Assembly: GCA_965248695.1 (NCBI GenBank)
Contig: CBDFKD010000002.1
Location: 1,632,001-1,696,000, forward strand
From: Acidobacteriota bacterium
Lineage (GTDB): Bacteria; Acidobacteriota; UBA890; WLXD01
DNA: 64,000 bases
Direction: 5' to 3'
The notes under the pieces are model-generated. The model searched no databases, was not told where the DNA came from, and was given only the letters and a program-made list of their open reading frames with translations. Every line of letters begins with the position of its first letter. Position 1 is the stretch's first letter. The position numbers and the translations under genes were made by a program. Positions 62,082-64,000 of the stretch are shown in pieces.

Positions 62082-63782
62082 CTACGACTCCACCTTCTGC
62101 GCTGGCTTGTGGTCACGGCGGATCATGGTGTTGAGCGCGGCGCCTGCCGCCACCATCGGATACACGACGTCATGCTGCTCGACGACGAATTCGATCAGGA
62201 ACGGTGACCCGGTGTGCGCCCGCGCGCGGCGCACGGCGACGTCGACCTCGTCGCTCTCGGTCACCCGACATGCCGGAATTCCGAAGGCACCCGCGAGGCG
62301 ACGAAAGTCAGGATGGAACATCGGCGTGGCGTTGTAGCGACGATCGTGGAACAGCTCCTGCCATTGACGGACCATACCCAGATAGCCGTTGTTGATGATT
62401 GCAATCTTGACCTCGACGCCTTCCTGCACGGCGGTCGCCAGCTCGGGCATCGTCATCTGGAATCCACCGTCGCCGACGATCGCCCAGACTTCCTCCTCCG
62501 GGCGAGCAATCTTCGCACCGATCGCCGCCGGCAGGGCGAAGCCCATCGTGCCCATGCCGCCGCTCGTGATCAGCGTCCCAGGGCGGTCGTGCGGGTAGTA
62601 CTGCGCCTCCCACATCTGATGCTGCCCGACGTCGGTTATCGAGATGGCGTCGCCGCCGGTACTACGCCAAAGCTCGTGAATGGCGTGCGCCGCCAGGAAG
62701 CTGTCCGGATCGGGCGGGTGCGTGAGGATGTCGCGCTCACCATCTTCGTCTTGCCAGGACTTGATCTTGTCGATCCACGGCTGGTGATCGGCGGGGGCCA
62801 GTCCGGCCGCCATCGCGCGAATCCAGTCGCCGACATCGGCGACGGTGCCCACTTCTACCTGGATCAGCTTGTTGATCTCCGCCGCGTCGATGTCGATGTG
62901 GATCTTCTTGGAGTGCGGCGAGTACTCCGCCAGCTTCCCGGTCACGCGGTCGTCGAATCGCATCCCCAGCGCCAGCAGCAGGTCGGCTTCCTGAATGGCG
63001 TGGTTCGCTGCCGCTTCGCCGTGCATCCCCATCATGCCAAGCGACAGCGCGTGCGCCTGTGGGAAACCGCCTTTCCCGAGCAGCGTCTGGGTCACCGGAA
63101 TATGCAACGTCTCGGCGAACGCCACGAGCTCGTTGTGCGCCCCGGAGATCAGAACACCGTGCCCGGCCAGGATGACCGGGCGCTCAGAGGAACGCAGCAG
63201 CTCGTGAGCGCGCACGATATCGGCGTCCGGGATGACCGCAGGCTCATCGGCGTAGGCGGGCTGCGGCCCGAGATCGGCGGTCTCGAGCTGCACATCCTTG
63301 GGGATGTCCACCAACACCGGCCCCGGTCGGCCCGTGCGAGCGATGTGGAACGCCTCGTGGAGCGCCGGTCCGACCTCGGCGGCCTCGCGCACCAGCACAC
63401 TGTGCTTGGTGATCGGTAAAGTGATACCGATGATGTCGGTTTCCTGAAAGGCATCGGTGCCCATGAGGTGTTGCGGGACCTGCCCGGTGATGAACACCAC
63501 GGGCGATGAATCCATCATCGCGGTGGCGATGCCGGTGACCAGGTTGGTGGCTCCAGGTCCGCTGGTGCCGATCGCGACGCCTACCTTGCCGCTGGCACGA
63601 GCGTACCCGTCGGCCATGTGGGCGGCCCCCTGCTCATGGCGCGTCAACACATGGTGGACGTGCGGATACTTGCTATGGGCATCGTACGTCGGCAGGATCG
63701 CACCGCCCGGATAGCCGAACACGACGTCGACGCCTTCGCGAGCCAGGCACTCCCAAACAATCTCGGCACCGGTGAGCTTCAT
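62082..63782 (-). CDS. ilvB: Acetolactate synthase large subunit
   Basis: FGYPGGAILP, RHEQGAAHMADGYAR, TSGPGATN, DVGQHQMW, GDGGFQM..NNGYLGMVRQWQ. Confidence 0.97.
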   Translation of the reverse strand: MKLTGAEIVWECLAREGVDVVFGYPGGAILPTYDAHSKYPHVHHVLTRHEQGAAHMADGYARASGKVGVAIGTSGPGATNLVTGIATAMMDSSPVVFITGQVPQHLMGTDAFQETDIIGITLPITKHSVLVREAAEVGPALHEAFHIARTGRPGPVLVDIPKDVQLETADLGPQPAYADEPAVIPDADIVRAHELLRSSERPVILAGHGVLISGAHNELVAFAETLHIPVTQTLLGKGGFPQAHALSLGMMGMHGEAAANHAIQEADLLLALGMRFDDRVTGKLAEYSPHSKKIHIDIDAAEINKLIQVEVGTVADVGDWIRAMAAGLAPADHQPWIDKIKSWQDEDGERDILTHPPDPDSFLAAHAIHELWRSTGGDAISITDVGQHQMWEAQYYPHDRPGTLITSGGMGTMGFALPAAIGAKIARPEEEVWAIVGDGGFQMTMPELATAVQEGVEVKIAIINNGYLGMVRQWQELFHDRRYNATPMFHPDFRRLAGAFGIPACRVTESDEVDVAVRRARAHTGSPFLIEFVVEQHDVVYPMVAAGAALNTMIRRDHKPAQKVES

Positions 63783-63794
63783 CAGATCACCCTC

Positions 63795-64000
63795 CTATTC
63801 GAGCAGCACGGCGCCTTCACTGGCGCTACTGACCATGCTCGAGTAGCGACGCAACCACTTGCTAGGGAACGTACCGCGGAACTCGGTGATCTCGGCAAGG
63901 CGACGACGGAGCTCATCGTCCGGGACGTCGATGTCGATGCGACGTTCGACCAGGTCGATACTGATGATGTCGCCATCCTGGACCGCCGCCAGCGGTCCGC
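63795..64000 (-). CDS. ilvD: Dihydroxy-acid dehydratase, C-terminal fragment (cut by window edge)
   Basis: Frame from 63998 reads GPLAAVQDGDIISIDL...SKWLRRYSSMVSSASEGAVL*, which is not the frame shown in the ORF track. Confidence 0.9.
   Translation of the reverse strand, partial: GPLAAVQDGDIISIDLVERRIDIDVPDDELRRRLAEITEFRGTFPSKWLRRYSSMVSSASEGAVLLE

Noticed and set aside
63782-63976. ORF-track 64-aa ORF at the right edge
   Set aside because: Wrong frame; the real coding sequence is the ilvD C-terminus ending at 63795.

Overview
A GC-rich, gene-dense bacterial chromosomal window, probably from an Acidobacteriota member. That assignment is inferred from the Acidobacterial-type VWA protein, the multipass Ser/Thr kinase and the many secreted M14/S9 peptidases. 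Two convergent branched-chain amino acid clusters bracket it: leuA'-leuC-leuD-leuB on the left (+) and ilvD'-ilvB-ilvN-ilvC on the right (-). Between them are a MacAB-type exporter with an ECF sigma/anti-sigma/Spy-like trio, tag, yyaL, msrP, typA, two B12-dependent acyl-CoA mutases (MCM+MeaB and fused IcmF), a two-component system, an HD-protein/dipeptidase/SSS-symporter run, three toxin-antitoxin-like pairs, PadR, rsgA, two divergent M14 peptidases, lepA, DNA glycosylases, mscS, an asparaginase, rpiA and lemA-htpX. I saw no rRNA, tRNA, CRISPR array or transposase. Most notable: (1) two ~280-bp MITE families with different terminal inverted repeats share a covarying internal hairpin module; family A copies begin at CTAG, coincide with host stop codons and apparently form a hybrid promoter; (2) IlvN naturally carries the valine-resistance substitution equivalent to E. 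coli IlvH G14D; (3) an HD diiron-type protein with a Tat-like leader heads a candidate catabolic run; (4) at least eight genes have a leaderless promoter signature; (5) two adjacent convergent genes each carry one disrupting lesion.
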